Counted from the first letter of the stretch, positions 26,898 to 37,446 are shown. The stretch is 64,000 bases of DNA from Eubacteriales bacterium (GCA_045613205.1 JAZLAO010000093.1:18274-82273), one strand, 5' to 3'. Numbers and translations: made by a program. Notes: generated from the sequence alone by a model not told the origin.

Positions 26898-26910
26898 GGT
26901 TTTGCCTTTT

Positions 26911-27525
26911 CTATATAAAGTTTATTTTAATATCTTCGAGTTTCGCCTTATCACCGTGACCGGAATATACCGTCAACTGATGAGGAAGGCTCAAGAGCCT
27001 GTTAATAGATTCCCGCAAGAGATAAAAATTACCGCCGGGCAGGTCGCATCTGCCAACACCTCCGCCTTGAAAAACGGTATCGCCTACAAATACGCAGTCT
27101 TGCCCCAAAAGAGATATTGAACCCGGTGTGTGCCCCGGAGTTTCGATTACGGTAAGCTTTTCTTCTCCCAAAAGCAAAATGTTGCCATCGGCAACCGTGA
27201 TACATTCACCGTAATATCCTTTATTTACGCCGAGAAACGTTCTGTAGCAATTAAGGTAGGAATCCGAGAGCATATTTCTGTCCCCCATACCCACGACTAC
27301 GTTCGCGGAAGGAAACTTCTCAACCCAACTGTCAATCCCTGAGATATGATCAAAATGTGCGTGAGTAAGTATTATATAACGCAACGTGAGATTGCTTCTC
27401 TCCAAACGGTCACAAATTTTTGCAACGTCTACCGACGGGTCGATAACGGCAGACTCCGAGCCCGAGGATACAAGGTACATATTTGAACCGAAATAATCTC
27501 TTGGAGTAAATGTTATAATTTCCAC
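26911..27525 (-). CDS. MBL-fold metallo-hydrolase (glyoxalase II-like)
   Basis: [18 protein letters not shown] and the GRCD motif. The probable start is the GTG at 27525, 5 nt after GGAGGG; the ATG at 27543 lacks an SD and sits at the predicted transcription start. Confidence 0.8.
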   Translation of the reverse strand: MEIITFTPRDYFGSNMYLVSSGSESAVIDPSVDVAKICDRLERSNLTLRYIILTHAHFDHISGIDSWVEKFPSANVVVGMGDRNMLSDSYLNCYRTFLGVNKGYYGECITVADGNILLLGEEKLTVIETPGHTPGSISLLGQDCVFVGDTVFQGGGVGRCDLPGGNFYLLRESINRLLSLPHQLTVYSGHGDKAKLEDIKINFI

Positions 27526-27556
27526 AAACACCCTCCACTGCATTATTTTACACTAT

Positions 27557-27585
27557 AGTATATCATATTATTATTAAAATGTCCA
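27557..27585 (-). promoter_or_regulatory. Promoter for the MBL-glnS-comF unit
   Basis: On the minus strand: TGGACA, a 17-nt spacer, then TATACT. Confidence 0.45.
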
Positions 27586-27689
27586 GAGCTTTAAGATAAA
27601 AAACTCTAAAAACAAGATTTTACTGTAACTATAAGCACAACTTTTCATAAACTGATATTGCAATTATATTGCAAAGGAGGAGCTACGGC

Positions 27690-27908
27690 TTGAACACAGT
27701 AACGATAAAAGTAAGTTCGGTCACCTATGCAATTAAAGCAAAAAAGCTGTTCGAACGTGCAGGCATAAAAGCCGCCCTTATAAAAGATTCATCGGAAGCG
27801 AGCAAGGGTTGCGCGTACGGTGTTAATATAAATTCGTCTTTTCTTTACGATGCAGTATCAATACTGAAAAATTACGGAATCGAGTATTCCGTGGGTACTG
27901 TACAATGA
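27690..27908 (+). CDS. Small DUF3343-like protein (putative S/Se carrier-like)
   Basis: A 72-aa alpha/beta protein with a single Cys in SKGCAYGV. The TTG start is 9 nt after AAGGAGG, and its stop overlaps the next start as ATGA. The family assignment comes from memory of the fold and pattern and is tentative. Confidence 0.55.
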   Translation: MNTVTIKVSSVTYAIKAKKLFERAGIKAALIKDSSEASKGCAYGVNINSSFLYDAVSILKNYGIEYSVGTVQ

Positions 27909-29026
27909 TATATTTTGACAACGCAGCTACGACTTTTCCTAAACCGAAATGCGTGTTAAAGGCGACAAATCGCTGCATAAAAGAATATTGCGGCAACCCC
28001 GGAAGGAGTTCGCACAGACTGTCAATAAAGACCAGTGAAAAAATTTTTGAAGCCCGTGAGTGCGTATCGGATTTTTTAGGCGTCTCCAATCCGGAAAACG
28101 TAGTATTCACTCAAAACGCGACACACGCTTTAAATCTGGCGATAAAAACTACGGTGAAGCCTAATTCGCATATTCTCATATCGGATATTGAGCATAATTC
28201 CGTACTGCGACCCGTACACGCTTTAAAGAATAGAATAGGGGTTGACTATTCTGTATTCGAGTCCTCGGGGAACCTTGAAAAAAACATTTGTTCCAAAATA
28301 ACTCCGAACACAAAATATATTGTTTCAAGCCTTGCCTCAAACGTCATAGGACGCGAAATATCTTTAAAAGAGCTGTCGGATATTTCAAAAAAGTACGGAC
28401 TCTCTCTGATTGTTGACGCTTCTCAGCTAATCGGACACAAAAGAATAGACCTGAAAGAAACCCCCTGCGACGTACTCTGCGCCCCCGCTCACAAGGCACT
28501 TTTTGGAATCCAAGGCGCAGGCTTCTGCATTTTTATGGATAAACTCAACAGAGAGACAATTTTTGAAGGCGGCAGCGGCAACGATTCAAAAAATCTTCTT
28601 ATGCCCGAGTTTTTACCCGAAAGATTTGAGGCAGGCACGCTTTCATCCCCCGCCATTATTTCTCTGCTTGCCGGAATAGAATTTATAAACAGCGTAGGCA
28701 TAGATGAAATTGAAGAAAAGCTATTCTTTCTTACGGAAAAACTCGCGGATGTCATACATTCAATTAAAAATGCAATTTTATACGAATACGGAAACGGTGT
28801 AATTTCATTTAATATATCGGGTGCACCCGCTGAAAATATATCGAAAGAGCTTGACAAATTCGGAATATGCACAAGAAGCGGACTGCACTGCTCGCCCCTT
28901 GCCCACAAGACTGTAGGAACTCTGAATATCGGGACGGTCAGATTAAGTCTCTCTTATCTTAACAGCAAGCGTGAAATAGACGAATTTTATAAGCAAATCA
29001 AAAAAATTTCAAGAAGCTACGCATAA
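27905..29026 (+). CDS. Class V aminotransferase-fold PLP enzyme (cysteine desulfurase / selenocysteine lyase family)
   Basis: A PLP lysine context (CAPAHKALFGIQGAG) and a catalytic Cys loop (TRSGLHCSPLAH, group-II-like RxGxHC). Confidence 0.85.
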   Translation: MIYFDNAATTFPKPKCVLKATNRCIKEYCGNPGRSSHRLSIKTSEKIFEARECVSDFLGVSNPENVVFTQNATHALNLAIKTTVKPNSHILISDIEHNSVLRPVHALKNRIGVDYSVFESSGNLEKNICSKITPNTKYIVSSLASNVIGREISLKELSDISKKYGLSLIVDASQLIGHKRIDLKETPCDVLCAPAHKALFGIQGAGFCIFMDKLNRETIFEGGSGNDSKNLLMPEFLPERFEAGTLSSPAIISLLAGIEFINSVGIDEIEEKLFFLTEKLADVIHSIKNAILYEYGNGVISFNISGAPAENISKELDKFGICTRSGLHCSPLAHKTVGTLNIGTVRLSLSYLNSKREIDEFYKQIKKISRSYA

Positions 29027-29072
29027 GCTGCGAGCCGAAACAATAAGGCTTCGGAATAGGGTTTATTAGTAA

Positions 29073-29101
29073 AGCAGCACGGGATAAAAACCCGTGCTGC
29101 T
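29073..29101. terminator. Bidirectional terminator between the class V enzyme and aroK genes
   Basis: agcagcacggg / cccgtgctgct, an 11-bp perfect stem with a 7-nt loop. Confidence 0.75.
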
Positions 29102-29113
29102 CCGGTTTTATAG

Positions 29114-29611
29114 TTAACCTTGTATTGTTTTTAAAAGCTCGGCGCGGTATCTCGGATAATCTTCACCGTCGCAATTGATAGTTACATCTGCATATTTTTC
29201 ATAAAGCGCCGTTCTTTCGTTATAAAGGTCTTTTATCGTTTGGTCGGGGCGTATGATTATTCCTCGCTTCGAATAATCCCCTATCCTTTTAATCATCGTT
29301 TCAAAGCTGACGTAAAGATATATAACCTTACCGATAGCTTTAAGGTGTTTCATTGCCGATTCGCTGTAAACCGCACTGCCGCCGGTCGCGAGAAGTAAAG
29401 CCTCGTCACCTTTTATTCCAAGAAGAGTTCTCTCTTCAATTTTCTTAAAGCCGTCATTTCCGACCTCATTAATTATTTCAGCCAACTTTTTTCCTTCAGC
29501 GGCTTCTATTAATCTGTCGGAATCAATAATTTTAATATCAATTTTTCCAACCATTGCACGCGACATACAAGATTTTCCCGAGCCCGGCATACCTATAAGC
29601 GTAAACACCAT
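29114..29611 (-). CDS. aroK: Shikimate kinase
   Basis: A P-loop (LIGMPGSGKS), the D..IE substrate motif (DSDRLIEAAEG) and GGS (ATGGSAVY). 165 aa. Confidence 0.85.
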   Translation of the reverse strand: MVFTLIGMPGSGKSCMSRAMVGKIDIKIIDSDRLIEAAEGKKLAEIINEVGNDGFKKIEERTLLGIKGDEALLLATGGSAVYSESAMKHLKAIGKVIYLYVSFETMIKRIGDYSKRGIIIRPDQTIKDLYNERTALYEKYADVTINCDGEDYPRYRAELLKTIQG

Positions 29612-29890
29612 TGTTTGTTCTGCCGCAATTTATTACGGATTTCCTTTCGTTTTATCAAATATTAATTGTTATCGTCTTTTGTTTTTGATTATTGCTGATT
29701 AGCTTGATTTTAAATATAAAGCGCATTGCCTGTTTTATATACATATATTATATCAAAAAAAACTGAAATTTCAATATAAAAACAGTATTTTTTCGCAATT
29801 AATTTGATAAATCGGGGATTCCGTCAGTTTTCGCTCCTAAAATATTAGCGTTAATTTTTGCCTTTCGCTCGGTATTTGAAATTCACCAAG

Positions 29891-32377
29891 CTACTCGGAT
29901 TTTTCATCGTTGCGTACTCTGTTTACCGGCTTTGCATGCCAGATTTCTTCGGCATATTTTTTGATTGTGTTATCAGAAGAAAATATTCCGCTTCTCGCTG
30001 TATTGATAAGCGATTTTCTTGCCCACAGTTCTCTGTTTTGATAATCGGAAACAGCTTCTTTATAAGAGTTCATATATGAATCAAAGTCGGCAAGACACAT
30101 AAACGGGTCTGCTACAGCGAAGCTGCTGTTTAGAAGATAATCTATTATATATGAGAAATCCTGCGAGGCTATCGGATAACCAAGTCTGTCTACTGCTCGC
30201 TTCAACACCTGTGATGCGTAATAATAATCACGAGCGACGTATCCTGTTCTCCAAAGCTCATCCACTTCATTTGTATTAAGACCGAAAATATAAATGTTTT
30301 CCCTGCCTACCGCTTCTTTTATTTCAACATTTGCGCCGTCAAGCGTTCCGAGTGTTAAAGCACCGTTCATCATAAGCTTCATACAGCCTGTGCCGCTTGC
30401 CTCTTTTCCGGCAAGAGAAATTTGTTCCGATATATCGGCTGCAGGTATCAGCTTTTCTGCAATAGATACGTTGTAGTCCTCCATGAAAAGTATCTTAATT
30501 TTATCTTTTGCAATAGGATTATTTTCAATTTCTTCGGCAAGAAACCAAATCAGCTTAATTATCCTTTTTGCCATGACATATCCCGGAGCAGCCTTGCACC
30601 CGAATATGAAGGTCTGCGGTATGACGTCCATGTTCGGATTCTCGCAAATATCGTTATAAAGCGCAACTATTTTCAAAACGTTCAGAAGCTGACGCTTATA
30701 TTCGTGCATTCGCTTTATCTGTACGTCAAATATTGAATTCGGGTCAATCTTTTTTCCTGTTTTCAGGTACGCGTATTTTGAAAAATTCTGCTTATTAATT
30801 TGCTTGATAGAGTTAATCTCTGAAAGTACAGAATTGTCATCTTTGAATTTTTCAAGTCCTATAAGCAGATTTGCGTCATCCCTGAAGCCCTCGCCTAACA
30901 GACTGTAAAGAAGCTCGGTAAGAGGTTGGTTCGCCGAAACAAGCCATCTTCGGTGAACTACACCGTTCGTTACGTTAGTAAATTTCCACGGGGTCATTTT
31001 ATAAAAATCATGGAAAATAGTTTTTTTGAGTATTTCACTGTGAAGCTTAGAAACACCGTTTACAGCGTGAGAGCCCACTACAGACAGATTAGCCATTCGC
31101 ACCTGGTTATAGGCAACTATTGACATTCTCGAAATTCTGTCCCAATCACCCGGATACAAATTCCAAAGGTCTGCCGTGAATTTTTTGTTGATTTCGTTAA
31201 CTATGGCAAATAATCTCGGCAGCTTCATACTGAACAAATCTACTCTCCAGCATTCAAGTGCCTCGGGCAAAACCGTGTGGTTTGTATAGGAAACCGTCCG
31301 CACAACCACGCTCCAAGCATCGTCCCAGCTGTAAGAGTACACGTCCATAAAAATTCTCATAAGCTCCGGAATGCAAAGCGCCGGATGGGTATCATTTATG
31401 TGAATAGATATATTGTCTTCAAAATTGTTAAGTGAACCGTGCTCGGCAAAATAGTCTGCTATTATACTTTGAAGCGATGCCGAAACCAAGAAATACTGTT
31501 GCGTGAGTCTTAAAAGCTTTCCCTCGTCGTAGTCATCCTTGGGATAAAGCTGCTTTGTGATTATTTCGGCACTGTTACTTTCGCTGATATTTTTAAGATA
31601 TGCATATTGGTCAAAGTTACCGTACAAGCTTGGAGTATAGGCTGACTTAGCCTTCCATAGTCTGATTTTATTTACGGCATTTGTGGTAGTTCCGGGTATC
31701 AAAAGGTCATAAGGGACCGCCATTACTTCCTCATATCCTGTGTGAACAATCTTAAACTCTCCCATCTCAATTCGCTCATCAACTTTACCGCCAAGTCTGA
31801 CATAAACGCTGTTTTCAGGATGAGCCACAAGCCAACCGCCGTCAGCCTCAAGCCACATATCAGGTATTTCTACTTGCTCTCCGTCTATTATTTTTTGGCG
31901 AAAAAGCCCCGTTTCATAGAGTAATGAATATCCGTTCGCAAAATAATCAAGCGCAGAAAGCGAATCCATAAAGCAGGCTGCAAGTCTGCCAAGACCCCCG
32001 TTCCCAAGTCCGGGGTCGACCTCACAGGCATAAACCTTTTCAAAGCTTGAACCGAATTCATCTAAAACATCACACAGGTCCTCATAAATCCCAAGATTTA
32101 CCGATACATTCTTGAGAGAACGTCCAACCAAAAATTCCATACAGAGATAGCATATTTTTTTAGCGGACGCAGCTCTTGCTCTTCTTTTAAACTGTTCTCT
32201 CTCGGAAATCATAATGTCTTTTACAGTGTGTACTACAGCTTGATACAATTGCTCGTCTGTGGCTTCGCTGAAATTTGCAACACCTCTGGATATTAGTTTC
32301 CCTTCAATTTTTGATTTCAGTTTCTTTTTAGATATTGACTTCTTTTTTTCAAAGGATTCATTTGTGTTTTTAACCAT
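29891..32377 (-). CDS. glgP: Glycogen/maltodextrin phosphorylase
   Basis: A PLP-lysine region (EASGTGCMKLMMNGALTLGTLDGANVE) and the GLGNGGLGRLAACF motif. 828 aa. Its start overlaps the glgA stop as TAATG. Confidence 0.92.
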   Translation of the reverse strand: MVKNTNESFEKKKSISKKKLKSKIEGKLISRGVANFSEATDEQLYQAVVHTVKDIMISEREQFKRRARAASAKKICYLCMEFLVGRSLKNVSVNLGIYEDLCDVLDEFGSSFEKVYACEVDPGLGNGGLGRLAACFMDSLSALDYFANGYSLLYETGLFRQKIIDGEQVEIPDMWLEADGGWLVAHPENSVYVRLGGKVDERIEMGEFKIVHTGYEEVMAVPYDLLIPGTTTNAVNKIRLWKAKSAYTPSLYGNFDQYAYLKNISESNSAEIITKQLYPKDDYDEGKLLRLTQQYFLVSASLQSIIADYFAEHGSLNNFEDNISIHINDTHPALCIPELMRIFMDVYSYSWDDAWSVVVRTVSYTNHTVLPEALECWRVDLFSMKLPRLFAIVNEINKKFTADLWNLYPGDWDRISRMSIVAYNQVRMANLSVVGSHAVNGVSKLHSEILKKTIFHDFYKMTPWKFTNVTNGVVHRRWLVSANQPLTELLYSLLGEGFRDDANLLIGLEKFKDDNSVLSEINSIKQINKQNFSKYAYLKTGKKIDPNSIFDVQIKRMHEYKRQLLNVLKIVALYNDICENPNMDVIPQTFIFGCKAAPGYVMAKRIIKLIWFLAEEIENNPIAKDKIKILFMEDYNVSIAEKLIPAADISEQISLAGKEASGTGCMKLMMNGALTLGTLDGANVEIKEAVGRENIYIFGLNTNEVDELWRTGYVARDYYYASQVLKRAVDRLGYPIASQDFSYIIDYLLNSSFAVADPFMCLADFDSYMNSYKEAVSDYQNRELWARKSLINTARSGIFSSDNTIKKYAEEIWHAKPVNRVRNDEKSE

Positions 32378-33816
32378 TAATTTGCATTTCCTATCACCAA
32401 ATCGTTATAGATTTTTATATATTCAAGGGCTGAATTTTTCCAAGAAAAATCCGAATTTAGAGCTCGCTTAACAAGTTTCTGCCACTCTTTATCATTGGTA
32501 TTATATAAATCAAGCGCTCGTTTGATTTCAAAAAGCAGCTCATGAGCGTTATAATTATTAAAAGCAAATCCGTTTGAATTTTCCTCTCCGTAAGGAACAA
32601 CAGTGTCGTATAATCCGCCTACCGCCCTTACCAGAGGTACTGCCCCGTAAGAGCAGGCAATCATTTGCGCAAGTCCGCAAGGCTCGCTTTTAGAGGGCAT
32701 CAGGAAGATGTCCGCTGCCGCGTAGAGTTTCTTTGAAAGTGCGCGGTCAAACTGTATAAGTGCTTTGAAATTTGAGTATTTTCCATCAAGGAGACGAAAG
32801 GCCCTTTCGTATTCAGCATCTCCTACGCCAAGCACAGCAAACTGTATTTTTTCCTGCAGCAATTCTTCGAGTATTCGTAAAACAAGGTCGATTCCCTTTG
32901 CGGATGCAAGTCTTGTTATCATAACAATAAGCGGAGTTTTGTCTTCCTCGCAAAAACCAAGCTCCCTCTGTAATTCTCTTTTATTTTTCGCTTTTCCCGA
33001 TTTATATGCCCGCTTCGTATACGGATAATATATTTCTGTGTCGTTTTCCGGAGAAAAAACGCTATAGTCGATGCCGTTAATCACACCGCGCATTTTTCCG
33101 TGCGCATTTGAGATTACGTCGGAAAGTCCGAAAGAGAAAAAGTCGTGATGCAATTCATTGGCATAATTGGGACTTACGGTAGTAACTCTATCTGAAACTG
33201 TAATAGCAGCTTTTGTAAGGTTAATTGCACCCTCATATTCTACTATATCCTTGAATTCATCATTGATAGCAAAGACGTCACCCAAAATTGACATATCGTA
33301 TTTGCCTTGATACTCAATATTATGAATTGTGTATACAGTCTTTATCTCCGAAAGCTCTTTTACTCCTTTATATTTCGTCTTCAAATATATTACCGAAAGC
33401 GCGGCTTGCCAGTCATTTGCGTGAAGCACATCGGGAACGTTAGCCGATGCGATAATATATTCTATTACCGCCATAGAAAAGAAAGCAAATCGCTCTCCGT
33501 CATCAAATTCGCTATATAGCATTTCTCTGTCAAAATAAGAGTGGTTTTCGACAAAGTAATAAGTGACCTTTCCCTCTTTTAATTTAAAAATACTTGCTCC
33601 CGTAGTTCTCCAGGATAGTTTAAAGCTTATATCAATTACCTTTTCCATTCGTTCTTTGTAACACTCCCGAATGGTTTTATAGAGAGGCATAATAACCTCT
33701 GCGCTGATATTTTCGTCAGCATCGGATATTGCATACGGAAGAGCTCCCATAACGTCGCCAAGTCCTCCGCTTGCAGCATAAGGCGATGCCTCGCTTGTTA
33801 CGTATAATATTTTCAT
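32377..33816 (-). CDS. glgA: Glycogen synthase (ADP-glucose type)
   Basis: MKILYVTSEASPYAASGGLGDV (the KxGGL-like N-terminal motif) and the C-terminal PSKSEPCGLAQM. Confidence 0.92.
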   Translation of the reverse strand: MKILYVTSEASPYAASGGLGDVMGALPYAISDADENISAEVIMPLYKTIRECYKERMEKVIDISFKLSWRTTGASIFKLKEGKVTYYFVENHSYFDREMLYSEFDDGERFAFFSMAVIEYIIASANVPDVLHANDWQAALSVIYLKTKYKGVKELSEIKTVYTIHNIEYQGKYDMSILGDVFAINDEFKDIVEYEGAINLTKAAITVSDRVTTVSPNYANELHHDFFSFGLSDVISNAHGKMRGVINGIDYSVFSPENDTEIYYPYTKRAYKSGKAKNKRELQRELGFCEEDKTPLIVMITRLASAKGIDLVLRILEELLQEKIQFAVLGVGDAEYERAFRLLDGKYSNFKALIQFDRALSKKLYAAADIFLMPSKSEPCGLAQMIACSYGAVPLVRAVGGLYDTVVPYGEENSNGFAFNNYNAHELLFEIKRALDLYNTNDKEWQKLVKRALNSDFSWKNSALEYIKIYNDLVIGNAN

Positions 33817-33822
33817 TTTAAA

Positions 33823-34953
33823 TTAAACCTTCCTGCTCTTTTCAATATAAAATGGCATATTTTCACTGCCTGATAACTTTACACCGTCGGTTATATAAAC
33901 GTCCTTGTCGGTAACTATGGAGTTTATCTCACAATTCTTTCCTACTCGTGTCCCGTGAAAAAGCACCGAATTTTTGACAACCGCCCCTTTTTCTATCCGT
34001 ACGCCGCGGAAAATCATAGAGTTAATTACAGTGCCCTCTATCACGCATTCATCTGCAATCATAGAATTTTTGACCCGCGAGCCGCCTTTATATGCGGTTG
34101 GCGAAGAGTTATATACACGAGTAAATATAGGCAAGTCCTTTTGACCGAGAAGCGATTCCCTTGCTTCTCCATCGCACGCTAACATAATCGAATATTTATA
34201 ATAATCAAGAAAGCTTGATACCGGAGCGACGAACCCTGTGTGAGAGTAGGTTCTGTAGTTTTCACGTTTGAATCCGGAGAGAAAAACCGACGTCAAACTG
34301 TCACGCGAATAAGAGTTTGCCGATTCAATTATTTTTCTGAGCTTCAAGGTTTTCATTACAAATATATTGAGCACAAGCTCGGGGGTTTCGGGATTATATG
34401 AAGAATTCATTGATATATCGTTTACTCGACCCAAAACCGAGGAAACCATCATTCTCGGTGATTTCGAAGTATATTCCGGTGAAACCAGCTTCGTAACGAA
34501 GGTTATTTCCGCACCGCTTTTCTGATGATTTTCAATCACGTCCTTCAAGTTGATATTCAAAACGTAATCGGAATCGCTTAAAACAACGTACTCTTCCTTG
34601 AATTCATCAATATATTCCTTCATATTTTTTAGTGCTTCCATACGGGTGGAAAATACACTTACAGAGGAAGCGCGGGCAGTCTGATATGGAGAGATAACGT
34701 TTATTCCTCCCGAACGCCTTGCTAAATCCCAATCCTTGCCGCTTCCTATATGCTCAAGCAGAGAGCGATAGTTGTAATTCGCAACTATATTAATATTCGA
34801 TATATTTGCGTTAACCATATTAGATAAGCAGAAGTCTATCAATCTGTATCTGCACGCAAACGGAATTGCCGCAACCGTTCTATCACTTGTAAGGCGCGAG
34901 AGCGTATTACTGTTAAGACTTGAAAAAATAATGCCTGCTGCACTGATAGCCAT
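33823..34953 (-). CDS. glgD: Glucose-1-phosphate adenylyltransferase, regulatory GlgD subunit
   Basis: Paralogous to GlgC, including the left-handed beta-helix C-terminus, but it lacks the GGxGxRL nucleotide loop (it has GIIFSSLNSNTLSRLT). It lies between glgC and glgA. Confidence 0.85.
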   Translation of the reverse strand: MAISAAGIIFSSLNSNTLSRLTSDRTVAAIPFACRYRLIDFCLSNMVNANISNINIVANYNYRSLLEHIGSGKDWDLARRSGGINVISPYQTARASSVSVFSTRMEALKNMKEYIDEFKEEYVVLSDSDYVLNINLKDVIENHQKSGAEITFVTKLVSPEYTSKSPRMMVSSVLGRVNDISMNSSYNPETPELVLNIFVMKTLKLRKIIESANSYSRDSLTSVFLSGFKRENYRTYSHTGFVAPVSSFLDYYKYSIMLACDGEARESLLGQKDLPIFTRVYNSSPTAYKGGSRVKNSMIADECVIEGTVINSMIFRGVRIEKGAVVKNSVLFHGTRVGKNCEINSIVTDKDVYITDGVKLSGSENMPFYIEKSRKV

Positions 34954-34962
34954 ATTTGCCTC

Positions 34963-36135
34963 CTACTGCACGATAGCCGTTTTTGAATTGATTTTACTGC
35001 CTTTTTTGATTACGGTAACACCGTCCTTACTCGCGCCTTCTTTTCCTATTACAGAATTTTCGGAAATTACCGAATCCGAATCTATTATAGCTGTATATAC
35101 TCTGGCGCTTTTCTTAATCACTACGTCGTCCATAATAACACTGTCGCGCACGAGCGCGCCCTCCTCTATCACCACTCCGCCCGACAGTATAGAGTTTTCA
35201 ACCGTACCAAAAATTTTACACCCCTCTGAGATAAGAGAGTTCGTTATATTGGCATTTTCTCCGACAAACTGCGGAGGACGGGCAAAATTCCTTGAGAATA
35301 TTCTTGCGGCTTTATCAAGTATATTGATTTTGGGCTCGTCTCCTATAATATCCATATTTGATTCCCAAAGCGAAGCAATCGTACCGACGTCCTTCCAATA
35401 TCCCGTGAATTTATACGAATAGATTTTTTCCCCGGAAGCTAAAAGATTAGGAATTACGTTTTTACCGAAGTCGTTGCTTGAATGCTCGTCTGCTTCGTCA
35501 ATTTCGAGATATTTTATAAGTGTTTCTGTGTTGAAAATATAGATTCCCATTGAAGCTTGATCACATTTAGGATATTGCGGTTTTTCTTCAAATCCGTATA
35601 TTTCGCCATCATCAAGAGTGTTACATATACCGAAGCGATATGCTTCTTGAATTGGAACAGTAATTGTTGCTATCGTGCAAACTGCCCCGCTTTTTTTATG
35701 CTGTTTCAACATATCAGAATAATTCATTTTGTAAATATGATCGCCTGACAAAATGAGAACGTAGTCAGGGTCGTACTGCTTGATAAAATCAATATTCTGA
35801 TAAATCGCGTTTGCAGTTCCCTTATACCAATCAGATTTTTCGTTTCCCTGATACGGAGGAAGAACAGAAACACCGCCGCGAAAGCGATCTAAATCCCAAG
35901 GAGCACCGTTGCCTATGTACTCGTTGAGTGCAAGAGGCTGGTATTGTGTAAGAACGCCTACGGTATCAATTCCCGAATTAATACAGTTCGATAAAGGAAA
36001 ATCAATTATTTTGTATTTTCCACCGAAAGAAACGGCAGGCTTCGCCGTTTCGCGAGTCAGCTCGTACAACCTTGAGCCCTGCCCGCCTGCGAGCAGCATT
36101 GCTATACATTCTTTCTTAAATTTAATTGTTATCAC
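34963..36135 (-). CDS. glgC: Glucose-1-phosphate adenylyltransferase catalytic subunit
   Basis: [27 protein letters not shown] and the LbH C-terminus. The start codon is uncertain; see findings. Confidence 0.92.
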   Translation of the reverse strand: MITIKFKKECIAMLLAGGQGSRLYELTRETAKPAVSFGGKYKIIDFPLSNCINSGIDTVGVLTQYQPLALNEYIGNGAPWDLDRFRGGVSVLPPYQGNEKSDWYKGTANAIYQNIDFIKQYDPDYVLILSGDHIYKMNYSDMLKQHKKSGAVCTIATITVPIQEAYRFGICNTLDDGEIYGFEEKPQYPKCDQASMGIYIFNTETLIKYLEIDEADEHSSNDFGKNVIPNLLASGEKIYSYKFTGYWKDVGTIASLWESNMDIIGDEPKINILDKAARIFSRNFARPPQFVGENANITNSLISEGCKIFGTVENSILSGGVVIEEGALVRDSVIMDDVVIKKSARVYTAIIDSDSVISENSVIGKEGASKDGVTVIKKGSKINSKTAIVQ

Positions 36136-36264
36136 CTCCCAAAAAAGCTTTATACCGTAAAAAGTATTTAGCGCATCTATAAAAACTTGTCCTCATAAGA
36201 GCTGTAAAGGTCGTCTTTACGGGATTGCTACGTGAGCTGCCTTTAATTTTTTCTATTAACTTAG

Positions 36265-36861
36265 TTATATTTTCAGCCGCATCAGATTATTAATTCCTTT
36301 AATCTTCTTTTTTAGCAGCCTTTCAAATCGCCTTTTTCTCACAGCTTTGGCTACAGGACTAAAAATTCTTTTTATAAGCGGTGTAAGCATAAGTACCAAT
36401 TTATACGCAGGAAAAAAGAAAAGAGATATTAAAAGCAGTGTTATAAAATATATTACCCCAAAAATCTCATCAAATACAAGCGAGAACATTTTTCCTATAT
36501 ATTTCTTTGATAAAAAGAAAAAAATCACTGTCAGAACAAATATATACAATCTGATATATCCGTCAAGAGCAATGTAGGAAATAAGTATCATAGCTATACC
36601 GAAAAAAGAAAACAAAAAGGCTTCAAATATATTTCTTTCTACAGAAGATAGCTTGATTTCCTTGCGGCTTTTAATGCTGTTTCTAAGAGTCTTCCACGAT
36701 AGATAAGGCAAAAGCTTTATTCCTTTCCAAAATACGAAAAGCATCTCTTTTAAAAAAGCAAAAACGCTCTCGGAGGCCGAGTAAATTCCCCCAAATATAA
36801 TTCCAGAAACAGCAGCAAAAAGTATAGAATTTAATATTTCATAAACGGTGAAAAATTTCAT
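36265..36861 (-). CDS. yabQ: Polytopic membrane protein in the yabQ position (spore cortex biosynthesis protein YabQ-like)
   Basis: About five TM helices. It overlaps the yabP stop by 4 nt. The assignment rests on synteny with B. subtilis yabO-yabP-yabQ, not on motifs. Confidence 0.5.
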   Translation of the reverse strand: MKFFTVYEILNSILFAAVSGIIFGGIYSASESVFAFLKEMLFVFWKGIKLLPYLSWKTLRNSIKSRKEIKLSSVERNIFEAFLFSFFGIAMILISYIALDGYIRLYIFVLTVIFFFLSKKYIGKMFSLVFDEIFGVIYFITLLLISLFFFPAYKLVLMLTPLIKRIFSPVAKAVRKRRFERLLKKKIKGINNLMRLKI

Positions 36862-37124
36862 CTGAACATTTTGCCAAAAAGCCTTTTGCCCGGTTTGTTT
36901 TCACAGTAAAACACTCCGCAAATTTCGCCCGTAATATAAATTTTTCCGTTTTCTTGCCTGAGCTCTTCGATTTTTAAATCACTGCCTTCAACTTCAATTC
37001 TTCCGGAATTTGACGATAGCTCAAGATAGTCCTCTCTGAAGCTTTCTACGTTTATTATCCCGTCTATAGTAAGCTTTTTTCTATCCTCAAGCAAAAGTGT
37101 CTGTTTTTGATTTACAGAATCCAT
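36858..37124 (-). CDS. yabP: Sporulation protein YabP
   Basis: LLLEDRKKLTIDGIINVESFREDYLELSS..GRIEVEGSDLKIEEL...GKIYITGEI is the typical YabP core. The ATG at 37124 follows GGAGGT; the track start at 37151 would run into the upstream terminator. Confidence 0.8.
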   Translation of the reverse strand: MDSVNQKQTLLLEDRKKLTIDGIINVESFREDYLELSSNSGRIEVEGSDLKIEELRQENGKIYITGEICGVFYCENKPGKRLFGKMFR

Positions 37125-37143
37125 ATAACCTCCAAAAAGCAAA

Positions 37144-37186
37144 AAGAACAACGCATATCCTCACTAAAAGAATATGCGTTGTTCTT
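37144..37186 (-). terminator. Terminator after the S4-domain gene
   Basis: aagaacaacgcatat / atatgcgttgttctt, a 15-bp perfect stem with a 13-nt loop. A T-run follows on the minus strand. Confidence 0.7.
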
Positions 37187-37191
37187 TTTTG

Positions 37192-37446
37192 TTATGCATC
37201 GGTTTCCGAAATTACTTCGTACATTCCGACGGATTCGGTTTTTTTGGTTGTTTCCCTGATGTCGAGAACCTTAACGGTTACTGTTTTCTGACCAAAAGCA
37301 ACGGTAATTTTATCACCGAGCTTTACGTCGTATGATGCTTTAACTGTCCTGCCGTTAACCGAAACTCTATCAGAGTCACATGCCTCGTTGGCAACCGTTC
37401 GTCTTTTTATAAGTCGGGAAACCTTCAAATACTTATCAAGGCGCAT
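37192..37446 (-). CDS. yabO: S4-domain RNA-binding protein (YabO/RqcP-like, Hsp15 family)
   Basis: MRLDKYLKVSRLIKRRTVANEACDSDRVSVNGRTVKASYDVKLGD is an S4 alpha-L motif. 84 aa, in the yabO position. Confidence 0.8.
   Translation of the reverse strand: MRLDKYLKVSRLIKRRTVANEACDSDRVSVNGRTVKASYDVKLGDKITVAFGQKTVTVKVLDIRETTKKTESVGMYEVISETDA

Noticed and set aside
26898-26910. A T-box leader upstream of glnS.
   Set aside because: Only 13 nt separate glnS from the upstream MBL-hydrolase gene, which leaves no room for a T-box. glnS is transcribed from the promoter upstream of the hydrolase gene.
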